Sequence record: NC_129898.1
Reading direction: 5' to 3' (one strand)
Source of the DNA: a phage
Length of the DNA: 64,000 nt
The translations under genes and the position numbers were made by a program. This document shows, piece by piece, positions 1 to 8,914 of the stretch (position 1 is its first letter; every line of letters begins with the position of its first letter). The notes under the pieces are model-generated. The model did no database searches. It was not told the origin of the DNA and saw only the letters and a program-made list of their open reading frames with translations.

Positions 1-27
1 GTAAAAAGAGGGGCCCAAGCCCCTCTC
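1..27 (-). terminator. intrinsic terminator-like hairpin
   Basis: Stem AGAGGGG (7-13) / CCCCTCT (20-26); on the minus strand the hairpin is followed by a T-run (complement of 1-6); lies 3' of minus-strand ORF 35..340. Confidence 0.5.
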
Positions 28-34
28 TTTGTCA

Positions 35-340
35 TTATTCTACAGAGCGTTTGAACAGAATGTCTGCCTCGGACATGTGTTCAACCTCTTCTTCGATTTT
101 AGCTCGACGTTTTTCAGCCTCATAGCGAATATCGAACTCGGTAGCCACTAGAGATTTGATGAATTTAGGAGAATACAGATGATCCTGCTTCTCAACAAGA
201 ATGATATCCTTGATGGCATCTTTCAGATCTTTAATCTGAAGCTGGAGTTCCACCAGTTCTTCGATTGTTTTGCGAAGGCGATCACGTTCTGCAGTGTCAG
301 AAGGAAGAGAGGTGAACAGTTCAACTTTAGATTTAGCCAT
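35..340 (-). CDS. hypothetical protein (charged, coiled-coil-like)
   Basis: 101-aa ORF in co-oriented dense gene array; no recognisable motif. Confidence 0.5.
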   Translation of the reverse strand: MAKSKVELFTSLPSDTAERDRLRKTIEELVELQLQIKDLKDAIKDIILVEKQDHLYSPKFIKSLVATEFDIRYEAEKRRAKIEEEVEHMSEADILFKRSVE

Positions 341-368
341 AGTAAGAGTCTCCTTATGTTGTTTTAAA

Positions 369-686
369 TTAACGTTCTACAAAAATACCGTTCAGTTCAA
401 TAACCAGGAATTTCTGGTCTTCACTATCGTCACGAGCCAGCACCTCGCAGACGTAGCGGTCATCTCCGTCATCATCACAGTCAAATACAAGGCTGAGGAC
501 TTTATCATGATAAATCTTCGACACTACTGCCTCGTAAGTATTGCCGATTGTGAATCCAAGATAATCCCCGATGCATTTGACAACAACATGGTCGCCAGCA
601 TTTAAGTCAATCTTCGTCATTACTGTGCTCCTTGGGTGATAATATGGTATGTAAAACTTTAACCAGAGATGTGAATAACGCCCCAA
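369..686 (-). CDS. hypothetical protein
   Basis: 105-aa ORF, co-oriented array. Confidence 0.5.
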   Translation of the reverse strand: MGRYSHLWLKFYIPYYHPRSTVMTKIDLNAGDHVVVKCIGDYLGFTIGNTYEAVVSKIYHDKVLSLVFDCDDDGDDRYVCEVLARDDSEDQKFLVIELNGIFVER

Positions 687-775
687 AACACACAGATAGC
701 GCTAAAACGGATAAGGCCATCATTAAAGCTTCAGTAAAATCAGTCCTTCCTCACCTCTTGTTAGTAACTATACTA

Positions 776-1039
776 TCATTTATCTTCGCCGTCAAGAACT
801 TTTTTAAATCTCTCAGGAATATCTCCTGTTCTTAGATAGCTCATGACCTCCCAAGGTTTCCACTTGAACTTCTTGCACAGTAAGGCAGCCGAGATCGTCT
901 CGTTGCGAAAAGAAAGGATATTAATATCCCACTCTGAGAACCCCAATTTCCGAAGAGTGGCTATAGAAATCCTCACAGCAACCCAACAAGAGAGGCACGC
1001 AACAAACGCCACTGCCACAACCCACATCAGGATGTTCAT
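776..1039 (-). CDS. hypothetical small membrane protein
   Basis: 87-aa ORF with N-terminal hydrophobic helix ILMWVVAVAFVACLSCWVAV. Confidence 0.45.
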   Translation of the reverse strand: MNILMWVVAVAFVACLSCWVAVRISIATLRKLGFSEWDINILSFRNETISAALLCKKFKWKPWEVMSYLRTGDIPERFKKVLDGEDK

Positions 1040-1128
1040 ACAGCCCCCTTAATGAAATACAAGGCATAGTGTTAAGGTTGCTACCCAGCAAATAATTAAC
1101 AGTGCCGTTGCAACCTTGGCAAGATTTA

Positions 1129-1416
1129 TCATAGTGTCTCTAAAATTTCATACCCTTCGGGTCGGAAAACAAGCCACTCAGGTGCTCCATTTGGTCGATA
1201 CGCTTTATACAGAACAACCTGATCTCGGCACATGCACATGGCTACATAGTTTTCATCAACACCTGCCTCCTGCATTGCATCTTCTTCTCCGGCAACAGCC
1301 TTGCTTACAACTTCCTTGGTAGGCAGGTGGGCGATCAGCTCGTCACCATCGTTAATTCCAAAATGACTGAGTTCTCCATTGGTATCTTTAATCTTGATCT
1401 TAACCAAATCTTTCAT
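1129..1416 (-). CDS. hypothetical protein (MK-I/V-K... small protein family)
   Basis: 95-aa ORF; start overlaps upstream stop; acidic C-terminus EGYEILETL. Confidence 0.5.
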   Translation of the reverse strand: MKDLVKIKIKDTNGELSHFGINDGDELIAHLPTKEVVSKAVAGEEDAMQEAGVDENYVAMCMCRDQVVLYKAYRPNGAPEWLVFRPEGYEILETL

Positions 1417-1745
1417 TAGTCTTCCTCCAGGTTCAAAGGTCCTAAGATTTCATATGCTAGATTAGAAGTTACCAGAGGGTCTTCTGCATCTTTAGTATTA
1501 TACCATCCGTGAATAACCAGAGTCCCACTTTGCTTCATGTCTAACTGGAACTGTTCTGCCGTTTCCTCATCCATCTCCAAGATCTCCATGAGGTATTTGA
1601 TGTTAGGAAGGTATGCAGCTGTTACAGTCCCCTCTACCAGGCCTTCAGGCCAACCTACATCCGGATGACAAGTAGGGACCAGAGAGGTCAGCTTGATAGT
1701 GTATGCTTTTTCTGCACGAGCCTTCAGTAACGGATCAATTTTCAT
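1416..1745 (-). CDS. hypothetical protein
   Basis: 109-aa ORF; stop/start coupled to neighbours. Confidence 0.5.
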   Translation of the reverse strand: MKIDPLLKARAEKAYTIKLTSLVPTCHPDVGWPEGLVEGTVTAAYLPNIKYLMEILEMDEETAEQFQLDMKQSGTLVIHGWYNTKDAEDPLVTSNLAYEILGPLNLEED

Positions 1746-2095
1746 TATTCTTCCTCCTCTTCGGTGCCTGCTTCCAGTAGTAAGTTAAGAACATCTTCAG
1801 CAGAAGGTTCGTAGAACTCTTGGCCTTCGTTGTCGATGATGCGATAGTCATCACCCCGAATAATCAGAGGATCGTCATCAAAACCTTCAAGACCTTTAAC
1901 AACGACAACACGGTCGATTGCCATCATTGTAAGAACTTTATCGACATCTTCCTCTGCTACACCATACTGCAGCAGAATGTCTTTGGTAGGAGGGACAGCA
2001 TCCACCACAACACCGTTACCAAAACCTTCCGGAAGTTTAGCTAAAATATCTTCCGGAACCACATTCATATCAAAACCTGTGATCTCTACTTTCAT
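1745..2095 (-). CDS. hypothetical protein (MKV-family, poly-E C-terminus)
   Basis: 116-aa ORF starting MKVEITGF, ending EEEEE. Confidence 0.5.
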   Translation of the reverse strand: MKVEITGFDMNVVPEDILAKLPEGFGNGVVVDAVPPTKDILLQYGVAEEDVDKVLTMMAIDRVVVVKGLEGFDDDPLIIRGDDYRIIDNEGQEFYEPSAEDVLNLLLEAGTEEEEE

Positions 2096-2356
2096 TTACA
2101 GAACCTCTTCGTCAACTACTTCATAAAAATGGCTTGGGATTGCAATGGCGTTCTCGCCTTCACCTAAGAACACTGTCCCACTAACGATTAACATTAGAAG
2201 AACGTCTGCGATACCTTCCTCGGGGACGTTGCCAAAACCTTTAATCAGCTCGTAGGTTGGAAGATTTACCTCTAAGATGTCACCATCTTTGGAGCGGAAA
2301 TCAACACCATCCTGAATCTCTGCCGTTTCAAGGTTTTTCAATTTAATCTTCATCAA
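2096..2356 (-). CDS. hypothetical protein (MK-I/V-K family)
   Basis: 86-aa ORF, MMKIKLKNLE..., C-terminal VVDEEVL. Confidence 0.5.
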   Translation of the reverse strand: MMKIKLKNLETAEIQDGVDFRSKDGDILEVNLPTYELIKGFGNVPEEGIADVLLMLIVSGTVFLGEGENAIAIPSHFYEVVDEEVL

Positions 2357-2432
2357 TCAGTCTCCTGTCTTGTTAAGATGAAGGTATTATTGCACACAGG
2401 GTTGGTGTTGTCAACACCTGTGTGGAATAAAA

Positions 2433-2828
2433 TTACTGAAACAGTGCAGATAAATTACCTTCTGGTGGGAACTTATCTGCCAAGAACGGAGTCAGAACAG
2501 TGGCCTTCTGAAGATCTGGAGTCCACTCGTTGTTCAGAACATCCCAGTAGTACGCAATGTTGCTGTGTGGGTGCCGCATTACGAACTTTTTCCCTTCGTA
2601 GTCAGTTGAAACCTCTACAGAAGAAATAACAACAGAATCTTCAAGAGTTTCTTCATAGAAAGATCCACCCTCGAATTTCCAACGAGATGCAAGAGCTCCT
2701 GCCTTAAACGCTGCAGATAACGGACTGTCGGCAAGAACATACATTTCTTGCACTCTGTCGCTACGATCTTTGCTTCTTACGTTGTATACAGTATCTGAGC
2801 TATACTCAACACGGTATAGACTTACCAT
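2433..2828 (-). CDS. hypothetical protein, paralog of 4644..5042
   Basis: 131 aa; shares H-P-x-S-x-(6)-YW-(5)-W-T-P motif with 4644..5042. Confidence 0.55.
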   Translation of the reverse strand: MVSLYRVEYSSDTVYNVRSKDRSDRVQEMYVLADSPLSAAFKAGALASRWKFEGGSFYEETLEDSVVISSVEVSTDYEGKKFVMRHPHSNIAYYWDVLNNEWTPDLQKATVLTPFLADKFPPEGNLSALFQ

Positions 2829-3187
2829 TACCGCACCTCCTCAATAACTTCCACATCTGAACCTACCACAAATGCAAAAGGGCAGGTTTCATGAAAGACA
2901 TCCGGATCGCCGCCAAGCTTGCTAACTATTTCTCCACCACTAATAAACACAAGCTCACCGATATTCATCAGATTGCTGAAATAGTATCCATAATGATTAA
3001 AGAATGCAGCAGGGTCAGGCAGACTGGTAGCCTCAAGCTCTACATCGGTTGAGATTACTTTCTTATCATACCCTCTGGCCTTTTGAGATGCAAGATCTGC
3101 AGAATCCTCAGGCGACCGGAGATGCACAGGAATTGTTTCACCAATAAAGCGTACTTTCATATTCTCACCCAACAACCATAGCTTCAA
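2828..3187 (-). CDS. hypothetical protein (VEIVE-tail family)
   Basis: 119 aa; contains MKVRFIGE and C-terminal DVEVIEEVR. Confidence 0.5.
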   Translation of the reverse strand: MKLWLLGENMKVRFIGETIPVHLRSPEDSADLASQKARGYDKKVISTDVELEATSLPDPAAFFNHYGYYFSNLMNIGELVFISGGEIVSKLGGDPDVFHETCPFAFVVGSDVEVIEEVR

Positions 3188-3428
3188 AAGGGGTCATAAA
3201 CGAATAAACAGCATTATCATCTGCTTCAGGAAATGCCCCCAAAGACTTCATGTCTGAGCCCTTGACAAATACAAGGTTCTGATCAAAAGCTTCTTGTGGA
3301 TCAATCCGATACATATTTCGTAGGGTATCACTTACCTCCTCATCAAGAGGTGAGTATGCTGTGCACGTTTTTCCGATCAAGCTTTGAGAATCAGGATATC
3401 CACCTGAAGTTTTAAAATAAACAATCAT
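3165..3428 (-). CDS. hypothetical protein
   Basis: 87-aa ORF, co-oriented. Confidence 0.45.
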   Translation of the reverse strand: MIVYFKTSGGYPDSQSLIGKTCTAYSPLDEEVSDTLRNMYRIDPQEAFDQNLVFVKGSDMKSLGAFPEADDNAVYSFMTPFEAMVVG

Positions 3429-3523
3429 ATAGTATCACCTCTAGTAAGAGATTGGGATTCCTTTCCCACAAATAATTACAAACTTTTCTTTTTATTGAGA
3501 GAAGTATGCTAATCCAAGCAGGA

Positions 3524-3793
3524 TTACTCTTCTACAATCTCATACACATCAGGAGTTACAATCAACTCTTCTCCGTTACCCGGTGCAACAAACACCACCA
3601 AGCCTTCAGGTGTGTGCTTTTTAGCCATCTCGATAACATCTTCTCGCAGAGCTGGCTCCATCAGATCAAAGCCTTCACCCAAGGCATCACGAACTACCTT
3701 CATGTAGTCCACTGGTTGTGCTTCAACGATCATGCCTTCAACCAGTCCGCAGTTTTTGTCTTCCAGCTCAGTTTTGAATAATTTAATTTTCAT
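3524..3793 (-). CDS. hypothetical protein (MK-I/V-K family)
   Basis: 89 aa; MKIKLFKTE..., C-terminal DVYEIVEE. Confidence 0.5.
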   Translation of the reverse strand: MKIKLFKTELEDKNCGLVEGMIVEAQPVDYMKVVRDALGEGFDLMEPALREDVIEMAKKHTPEGLVVFVAPGNGEELIVTPDVYEIVEE

Positions 3794-3930
3794 TTAGAGG
3801 TCTCCTCAATTATTTGATATTAATAGCCGTAACCTAACACATTAACTACAACTGCGATTGCAAACATAATTTCAAAGCATGCAATCTCTACATTTGGGAC
3901 TAATTTCTTAATCACGCCCATTGTAGCACC

Positions 3931-4248
3931 TCATTCTCCAAAGTAAATCTTTACTTTGCCTTTCCCTTTACCTTTCTTTCCACCGCATTTAGCCAACTGA
4001 CGTGCTGCAACATCTACCATACGGTCAGTTGCCTCGTAAGCGTCACTGCCTTTAGCTTTGGCAATAACTTCTTTTCCGGAAGTGTCAAAAATGAACGCCA
4101 TGACTTCCTGGTGATCATTTTCAACTTTTACACTCACACGTGCATAGTTGGCAGAGGGGTGCAAACGCTCCAGCTTAGACATTTTGTGGGAAATGAAAGA
4201 CACCATACCTTCAGTGATTTCTACGTTGCCAGTGATTTCAATTTGCAT
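3931..4248 (-). CDS. hpf: ribosome hibernation promoting factor / YfiA-RaiA family homolog
   Basis: N-terminal MQIEITGNVEITEG matches the HPF/S30EA signature (E. coli HPF begins MQLNITGNNVEITEA); KLE, VKVE and RQLxK elements conserved; 105 aa. Confidence 0.8.
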   Translation of the reverse strand: MQIEITGNVEITEGMVSFISHKMSKLERLHPSANYARVSVKVENDHQEVMAFIFDTSGKEVIAKAKGSDAYEATDRMVDVAARQLAKCGGKKGKGKGKVKIYFGE

Positions 4249-4335
4249 AACGTGCTCCTTTTAAGGAAGAGAGAATAACAACCATCTCTCTTTGAAAACA
4301 ATAATACTATAGCTGAAGCGTTGTGTCAACAGTTT

Positions 4336-4626
4336 TTACAACTTATTATCGATAGTATCTAAAATATCTACAGCAAGATCTGCCATTTTTCGAACATACT
4401 CTGCAAACTCAACAGGATCCTTGATCAAAGAATTCACAGGGTCGTACCCTAGAGCGTTCAAAATGGCTGCAGCATCTACAACCTTCTCATCATTTGCGAA
4501 GATCTCTCCGTCAAACTTGTGGGTCCATTTTGAGTCAATCTTGGCAGAGCATGGTTGGTCAATGCTTGTTACACCATCGTCTTTAAACTCTCCTGCGTTA
4601 TCAATATTCAGAACTAAATCCATCAT
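4336..4626 (-). CDS. hypothetical protein
   Basis: 96-aa ORF. Confidence 0.5.
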   Translation of the reverse strand: MMDLVLNIDNAGEFKDDGVTSIDQPCSAKIDSKWTHKFDGEIFANDEKVVDAAAILNALGYDPVNSLIKDPVEFAEYVRKMADLAVDILDTIDNKL

Positions 4627-4643
4627 AGTGGCACCTCACTGTT

Positions 4644-5042
4644 TCAGTCTAGCTTTTCTTCAACAACCCCGTAGCTCGGGGCAGAGTCAAGAGCTTTTTG
4701 GTTTAAAAGTGGTGTAGCAGAATCTGCAAACGGTGTCCAAGTTTTTGTTCTGGCATTCCAGTAATGCTTCACTCTGGAATCTGGATGCACTATAACAAAA
4801 ACTTTTTCACTTGTCAACACATTAATTTCTTCTACACCCTTGCTGATAATTTCTCCGTCATAGCCCCCAGTCTGGTATCCTTCGTACCAGGTTCTTGCAT
4901 AGGCATAGCCAGCCTGCCAGCATGCAGCCTCCTCCGAGGTGGAGACTACGTAGAAGTCTTTCTCAAATTCTGGGATACGTCCTTGCTTTACGCTCCAAGC
5001 TCCGCGAATTTTCATTGTTACTTTGAAAAGCTTGTTCTTCAT
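4644..5042 (-). CDS. hypothetical protein, paralog of 2433..2828
   Basis: 132 aa; HPDSRVKHYWNARTKTWTP motif shared with 2433..2828. Confidence 0.55.
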   Translation of the reverse strand: MKNKLFKVTMKIRGAWSVKQGRIPEFEKDFYVVSTSEEAACWQAGYAYARTWYEGYQTGGYDGEIISKGVEEINVLTSEKVFVIVHPDSRVKHYWNARTKTWTPFADSATPLLNQKALDSAPSYGVVEEKLD

Positions 5043-5043
5043 A

Positions 5044-5298
5044 CTACCGCTCTACAATCTCTACGTCTGTTCCTACACCGAAGGCATAGTAATGTTCTTC
5101 CCCAAAGTAATACTTGGGGACACCAGCTTTGATCAGGTCTAACCCGCGAATAAATACCACACCGTGTGATACAGTGGAATGCTTCTGACGCACAGGATCG
5201 TTGTCAGGCAACCATTCAAAGTACACCGCAGGTACAACCTTCCCTTTAAGAAAGGATTGCCCCAAGTAGACGTTAGAATCAAGAATTTTGACCTTCAT
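5044..5298 (-). CDS. hypothetical protein (MKVK / VEIVE family)
   Basis: 84 aa; MKVKILDSNVYLGQ..., C-terminal DVEIVER. Confidence 0.55.
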   Translation of the reverse strand: MKVKILDSNVYLGQSFLKGKVVPAVYFEWLPDNDPVRQKHSTVSHGVVFIRGLDLIKAGVPKYYFGEEHYYAFGVGTDVEIVER

Positions 5299-5512
5299 GA
5301 TCGTCCTCCACTATCTCCACATCCTCCCCTAGGGCAAAGTTGTAGGTCCACTGACTGTCAAAGCAGTCCTGAGATGCTCCAGCGGCAATAAGATCTGCAC
5401 CCTTTATTTTTAAAAGGTCAGGATAATCTTCGTTAGGGACAGCGGTAAACACTTTACCCACTAAAGGCTCCTGACCAATATAGAAGTTTGAATCTAAAAC
5501 TTTAACTTTCAT
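5279..5512 (-). CDS. hypothetical protein (MKVK / VEIVE family)
   Basis: 77 aa; MKVKVLDSNFYIGQ..., EDVEIVEDD; clear paralog of 5044..5298. Confidence 0.55.
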   Translation of the reverse strand: MKVKVLDSNFYIGQEPLVGKVFTAVPNEDYPDLLKIKGADLIAAGASQDCFDSQWTYNFALGEDVEIVEDDHEGQNS

Positions 5513-5796
5513 CAGCGGTCTCCATCGGGCGGTTGTGGAACGTAAACACTGTTACGAATCTCGTCAGCAGTGTAGTAACAAGTTTTCCCCTCTCTGTCCC
5601 TGGCAGCAATGTATTCAGCTATACCAATAAGTGCCATAGCCTTGGTGGCGTATCTCTTAAGCTCGTTAGCTCCCCAGCAAAATCTCTGCCAAAACGGTAT
5701 GAAACCGAATAGGTACACCTTCTGTTTCACTATCCAATAAGTTCCTTTACAGATCACTTTAAACTCTGCAGCACTGTTACTGACACCATTGCTCAT
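5512..5796 (-). CDS. hypothetical protein
   Basis: 94-aa ORF. Confidence 0.5.
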   Translation of the reverse strand: MSNGVSNSAAEFKVICKGTYWIVKQKVYLFGFIPFWQRFCWGANELKRYATKAMALIGIAEYIAARDREGKTCYYTADEIRNSVYVPQPPDGDR

Positions 5797-5808
5797 TATC
5801 TTCTCCTT

Positions 5809-6093
5809 TTATTTTTCTGGGTTTGGCAGATATTGCACATTGGCAGGAGGAACACCGGATAGCTCCCAAACAACCATAGTGCTGTACCCTGGCACACTTC
5901 TAACATTTAAAAGAGTAGGAGCACCAACACATTTAAACTTCCTTTTCCCAAATCCGTTCTCCATCATAACCCAGTATCCTGTATCCTGATCACCTGGAAT
6001 TTGTGTTCCATCATCGTCCACCCAGCGGACGGTCCATTTCGATACAGCAACGGCTCGGTATTTAAACTTTTTAAACCACTCAAACAGTTTCAT
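5809..6093 (-). CDS. hypothetical protein
   Basis: 94-aa ORF. Confidence 0.5.
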   Translation of the reverse strand: MKLFEWFKKFKYRAVAVSKWTVRWVDDDGTQIPGDQDTGYWVMMENGFGKRKFKCVGAPTLLNVRSVPGYSTMVVWELSGVPPANVQYLPNPEK

Positions 6094-6096
6094 AAT

Positions 6097-6186
6097 TCAG
6101 CCTCGCATAGCCATAATAACTATAAACAGACAAATAATGAATCCGAATGCCACGCCACCCATAAACGTTAATATTGATGCGACCAT
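6097..6186 (-). CDS. small hydrophobic peptide (29 aa, single predicted TM helix)
   Basis: ATG at 6186-6184 preceded by GAGGA; translation MVASILTFMGGVAFGFIICLFIVIMAMRG; below the 60-aa ORF cutoff. Confidence 0.3.
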   Translation of the reverse strand: MVASILTFMGGVAFGFIICLFIVIMAMRG

Positions 6187-6188
6187 AA

Positions 6189-6374
6189 TCAATCATCCTC
6201 GTTTGGCAGCTCTTCCATTTTGACATACCGGAAAGTGTTGCCGTAATAGTTGATCCATGACATCAGCTCGCTTTCTTGCTCTTCCTCTGGGATTGACTCT
6301 CGTATGCTGACAAGTTTTAAGAAAATCCAATCACAATCTGCACCCATCCTACCAGACAGGCAATAGTGCTTCAT
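6189..6374 (-). CDS. hypothetical protein
   Basis: 61-aa ORF. Confidence 0.4.
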   Translation of the reverse strand: MKHYCLSGRMGADCDWIFLKLVSIRESIPEEEQESELMSWINYYGNTFRYVKMEELPNEDD

Positions 6375-6392
6375 AGAACCCTCCCGACCGGT

Positions 6393-6587
6393 TTAGAATA
6401 TTGCTTCTTCCATTGCACCTGAGAGCAATAAAGAGGTAATATGGCTAACATTCATCTCAGACTCTACTTCCTCCCCTTTGAAAGGTTCGCGGCAGAATAG
6501 GACTGTTTCAGGACTTTTACTTCGAACAATATAATACAAATCATTCAAAGTGTTGTAGTAATAAGTGTTAAAACGTAAGTTTTTCAT
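6393..6587 (-). CDS. hypothetical protein
   Basis: 64-aa ORF. Confidence 0.4.
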   Translation of the reverse strand: MKNLRFNTYYYNTLNDLYYIVRSKSPETVLFCREPFKGEEVESEMNVSHITSLLLSGAMEEAIF

Positions 6588-6871
6588 TTTCTAGTCCCCT
6601 TCTTAGATTTTTGTGAAGAAACGCTTTCTGCAATACGAGACAGGCGTTCTTCTGAAGCTTTACCTACCCCAGGTTTCTTGAGCGGGTTATCTTTATGACC
6701 GCAATCCAATTGGATGCTAGATACCTCCCCAACCTTGTAAGTCAATTCTAGCAAAAGGTTGTCGTCCTTGTCAAATGTTTTTACGATAAATTTTTTATCG
6801 TTCTCCTGAACTTCATATCTGGTACCTGCAGTATACAGCATGGTGCCATCAGCATAGGATATCCAGATCAT
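6584..6871 (-). CDS. hypothetical protein
   Basis: 95-aa ORF; overlapping stop/start with neighbours. Confidence 0.5.
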   Translation of the reverse strand: MIWISYADGTMLYTAGTRYEVQENDKKFIVKTFDKDDNLLLELTYKVGEVSSIQLDCGHKDNPLKKPGVGKASEERLSRIAESVSSQKSKKGTRK

Positions 6872-7215
6872 TGAGCCTCCTTCTGCTGCAACAGCATTAA
6901 CTCTTTGTTGGAAATCTTTACTGCTGTCTTTATTGTTCCATCTTCACGGAACCACGACCAGAATTCTACAGTGTCACCACTATCAAGCAAGGCATGACCA
7001 TGGTAAAAATCCTTGTCCTTAGACAGTTTCTCATCTATATCTGCATCGACACATTCGTGATCCATAGCATTTTGCCTGAATGCATCGGTTATGCCAATGC
7101 ATGCCTTGCTCTCAAGACTGGCATATCCGATATCTTTTAATTCAGTTTCCCAAACCCAGAACCCTATAAAAGCCACAACAGCTACCCACATTAATATCGA
7201 TTTAATCTTTGACAT
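6868..7215 (-). CDS. hypothetical signal-anchored / secreted protein
   Basis: 115 aa; N-terminal hydrophobic segment ILMWVAVVAFIGFWVW. Confidence 0.5.
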   Translation of the reverse strand: MSKIKSILMWVAVVAFIGFWVWETELKDIGYASLESKACIGITDAFRQNAMDHECVDADIDEKLSKDKDFYHGHALLDSGDTVEFWSWFREDGTIKTAVKISNKELMLLQQKEAQ

Positions 7216-7275
7216 TCTCTCTACCTCTTTCTTAATTTGTTTAATTATGGCACATCCTTTGTGCCTTGTTGCACA

Positions 7276-7746
7276 CTACTTAGACAACAGTTCAAAATAG
7301 TGCAAAATTAACAGAAGTTGAATTACGCCTAGCACAACGGCAAGTATGTTAATCTTAGAATCAAAAAACTTCTTAACTTTTACTCTAAAAGGTTCCTTAA
7401 TGTCCTTTACGATCCTATCTATAGATGACCTCATATCTCTGATTACCATCCTGAACATTAAAGACGGATGCTCCCCCATCTCTGTAACGGAATCGAAAAC
7501 ATACTCTCTTCGGTCATAAGGGCCGCCAGCTCTGCGTATTAACCTCTCCACAGAGACCTCGAACGTCACACCTGTAACGTAATCATCTATAACAAGTCGT
7601 GACGGGTCTTTACCTTTACTATCAAGAGGTATCAAAGTTATCTTTCCAGATTTTGTTAAAATTTCTCCTTTTTCAAGCAAGGTGTACCAATGCTCTCTAC
7701 CAAGATTGTTGAGGCACGTTTTTACATATTTAACAAACATCGTCAC
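7276..7746 (-). CDS. hypothetical protein with C-terminal TM anchor
   Basis: 156 aa; C-terminal ILAVVLGVIQLLLILHYF. Confidence 0.5.
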   Translation of the reverse strand: MTMFVKYVKTCLNNLGREHWYTLLEKGEILTKSGKITLIPLDSKGKDPSRLVIDDYVTGVTFEVSVERLIRRAGGPYDRREYVFDSVTEMGEHPSLMFRMVIRDMRSSIDRIVKDIKEPFRVKVKKFFDSKINILAVVLGVIQLLLILHYFELLSK

Positions 7747-7928
7747 CCCTTATCGCACGTCTGATATAACCATTCTATGAAATCTTGATACCACTCTCCC
7801 TCTGAGCGCTCCGTAGGCCAATAATCTTCCCCCTCTCTTGCATTAAAATCTGAGTATTCGACTTTCCACTCCTTTACCAGCTCGTGGAGAAGGTTTTCAG
7901 CCTGTTCTAAGGATTTATTTTTTGTCAT
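7743..7928 (-). CDS. hypothetical protein
   Basis: Track ORF 7743..7946 begins at TTG; first ATG at 7928 (MTKNKSLEQ) with AAGGGG RBS. Confidence 0.45.
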   Translation of the reverse strand: MTKNKSLEQAENLLHELVKEWKVEYSDFNAREGEDYWPTERSEGEWYQDFIEWLYQTCDKG

Positions 7929-8034
7929 TACTGTCCCCTTTTTCAAGATAATTATACATCAGTGCCGCGCCACCCAAAATGGCTACTAGCAGTAATACTC
8001 CAGAGAGCATTTCAATAAACATGGCTTGAAACAT
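7915..8034 (-). CDS. small hydrophobic peptide (39 aa)
   Basis: MFQAMFIEMLSGVLLLVAILGGAALMYNYLEKGDSNDKK; overlaps start of 7743..7928; below ORF cutoff. Confidence 0.25.
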   Translation of the reverse strand: MFQAMFIEMLSGVLLLVAILGGAALMYNYLEKGDSNDKK

Positions 8035-8148
8035 TAGAAGGCCCCCTCTAATTTCACGCACCATTTTAAATACATACTCTTTTCCCATGAAGATGCTAAA
8101 CTAAGGTCTGTATAGAATGCAATCTCCCTAAGAACAGCATAAACAGTT

Positions 8149-8385
8149 TCAGGCACTGTTACCATTCTTATCTGCCTCCTTCATTTTCCTGACGGTTTTA
8201 CAGTGATCTACCAAGCACATAACCACAATGAAGAGAACAACAGGCCAAAAAGGTGCGGCAGTGATTATAGTTATAAAGTCGTCAAACTTAATTTTTCTAC
8301 AAGATATGATGCAAAGAGTTGCTAAAACAACCATTGTCAGAAAGGTCAATGCGCAATACCAAACCAGCACAGTGTCTATAGTCAT
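8149..8385 (-). CDS. hypothetical membrane protein
   Basis: 78 aa; two hydrophobic helices. Confidence 0.45.
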   Translation of the reverse strand: MTIDTVLVWYCALTFLTMVVLATLCIISCRKIKFDDFITIITAAPFWPVVLFIVVMCLVDHCKTVRKMKEADKNGNSA

Positions 8386-8386
8386 A

Positions 8387-8914
8387 CTATATCTCCTGGT
8401 TCAAACTGTTAAGAAAGGATACCCTGTCTTCGCTATTTTTCTCTGTGATGTACCCTCCAAACATGGAAAGAATCACATGCTTCAAGTAATCTTTTTCTGG
8501 GTCGCTTAGATGATTGCGTGGCTTTATTTCCACATCATGGTAGTCATACAATCCACAATCATGATACCCCCAGTATCGACACACCTCAATACTGATCGGG
8601 AGTTTTTTGTCACACGAAACTTTCCAACGGGTTACGTTGTTACCAGGAGATAAATCCTCTCCCACCTTCACGAATGACAAATCATAATTCATAAACTTTT
8701 CGTACAGTTTAAGTACAAAACCTTCTACCTGTGGAGAAACACCAGCCACTAGCTGGGCGTATCTATATTTACTTTCAATAATTTTTCGGCGCTTTGCTGT
8801 AAGGTTTATTGCAGCAATTTGACTCTCCGAGTATCTCCAAGGCTTATATATAAATGCTTTCGGGTCTTTATCGCCATAAAAATCTTTCCAATCAACTAGC
8901 AGCATACCTGTCAC
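8387..8914 (-). CDS. hypothetical protein
   Basis: 175-aa ORF. Confidence 0.5.
   Translation of the reverse strand: MTGMLLVDWKDFYGDKDPKAFIYKPWRYSESQIAAINLTAKRRKIIESKYRYAQLVAGVSPQVEGFVLKLYEKFMNYDLSFVKVGEDLSPGNNVTRWKVSCDKKLPISIEVCRYWGYHDCGLYDYHDVEIKPRNHLSDPEKDYLKHVILSMFGGYITEKNSEDRVSFLNSLNQEI

Noticed and set aside
3931-4248. Lys/Gly-rich C-terminal tail (GGKKGKGKGKVK) of the HPF homolog as a separate feature
   Set aside because: Low-complexity extension of the same ORF, not an independent repeat element.
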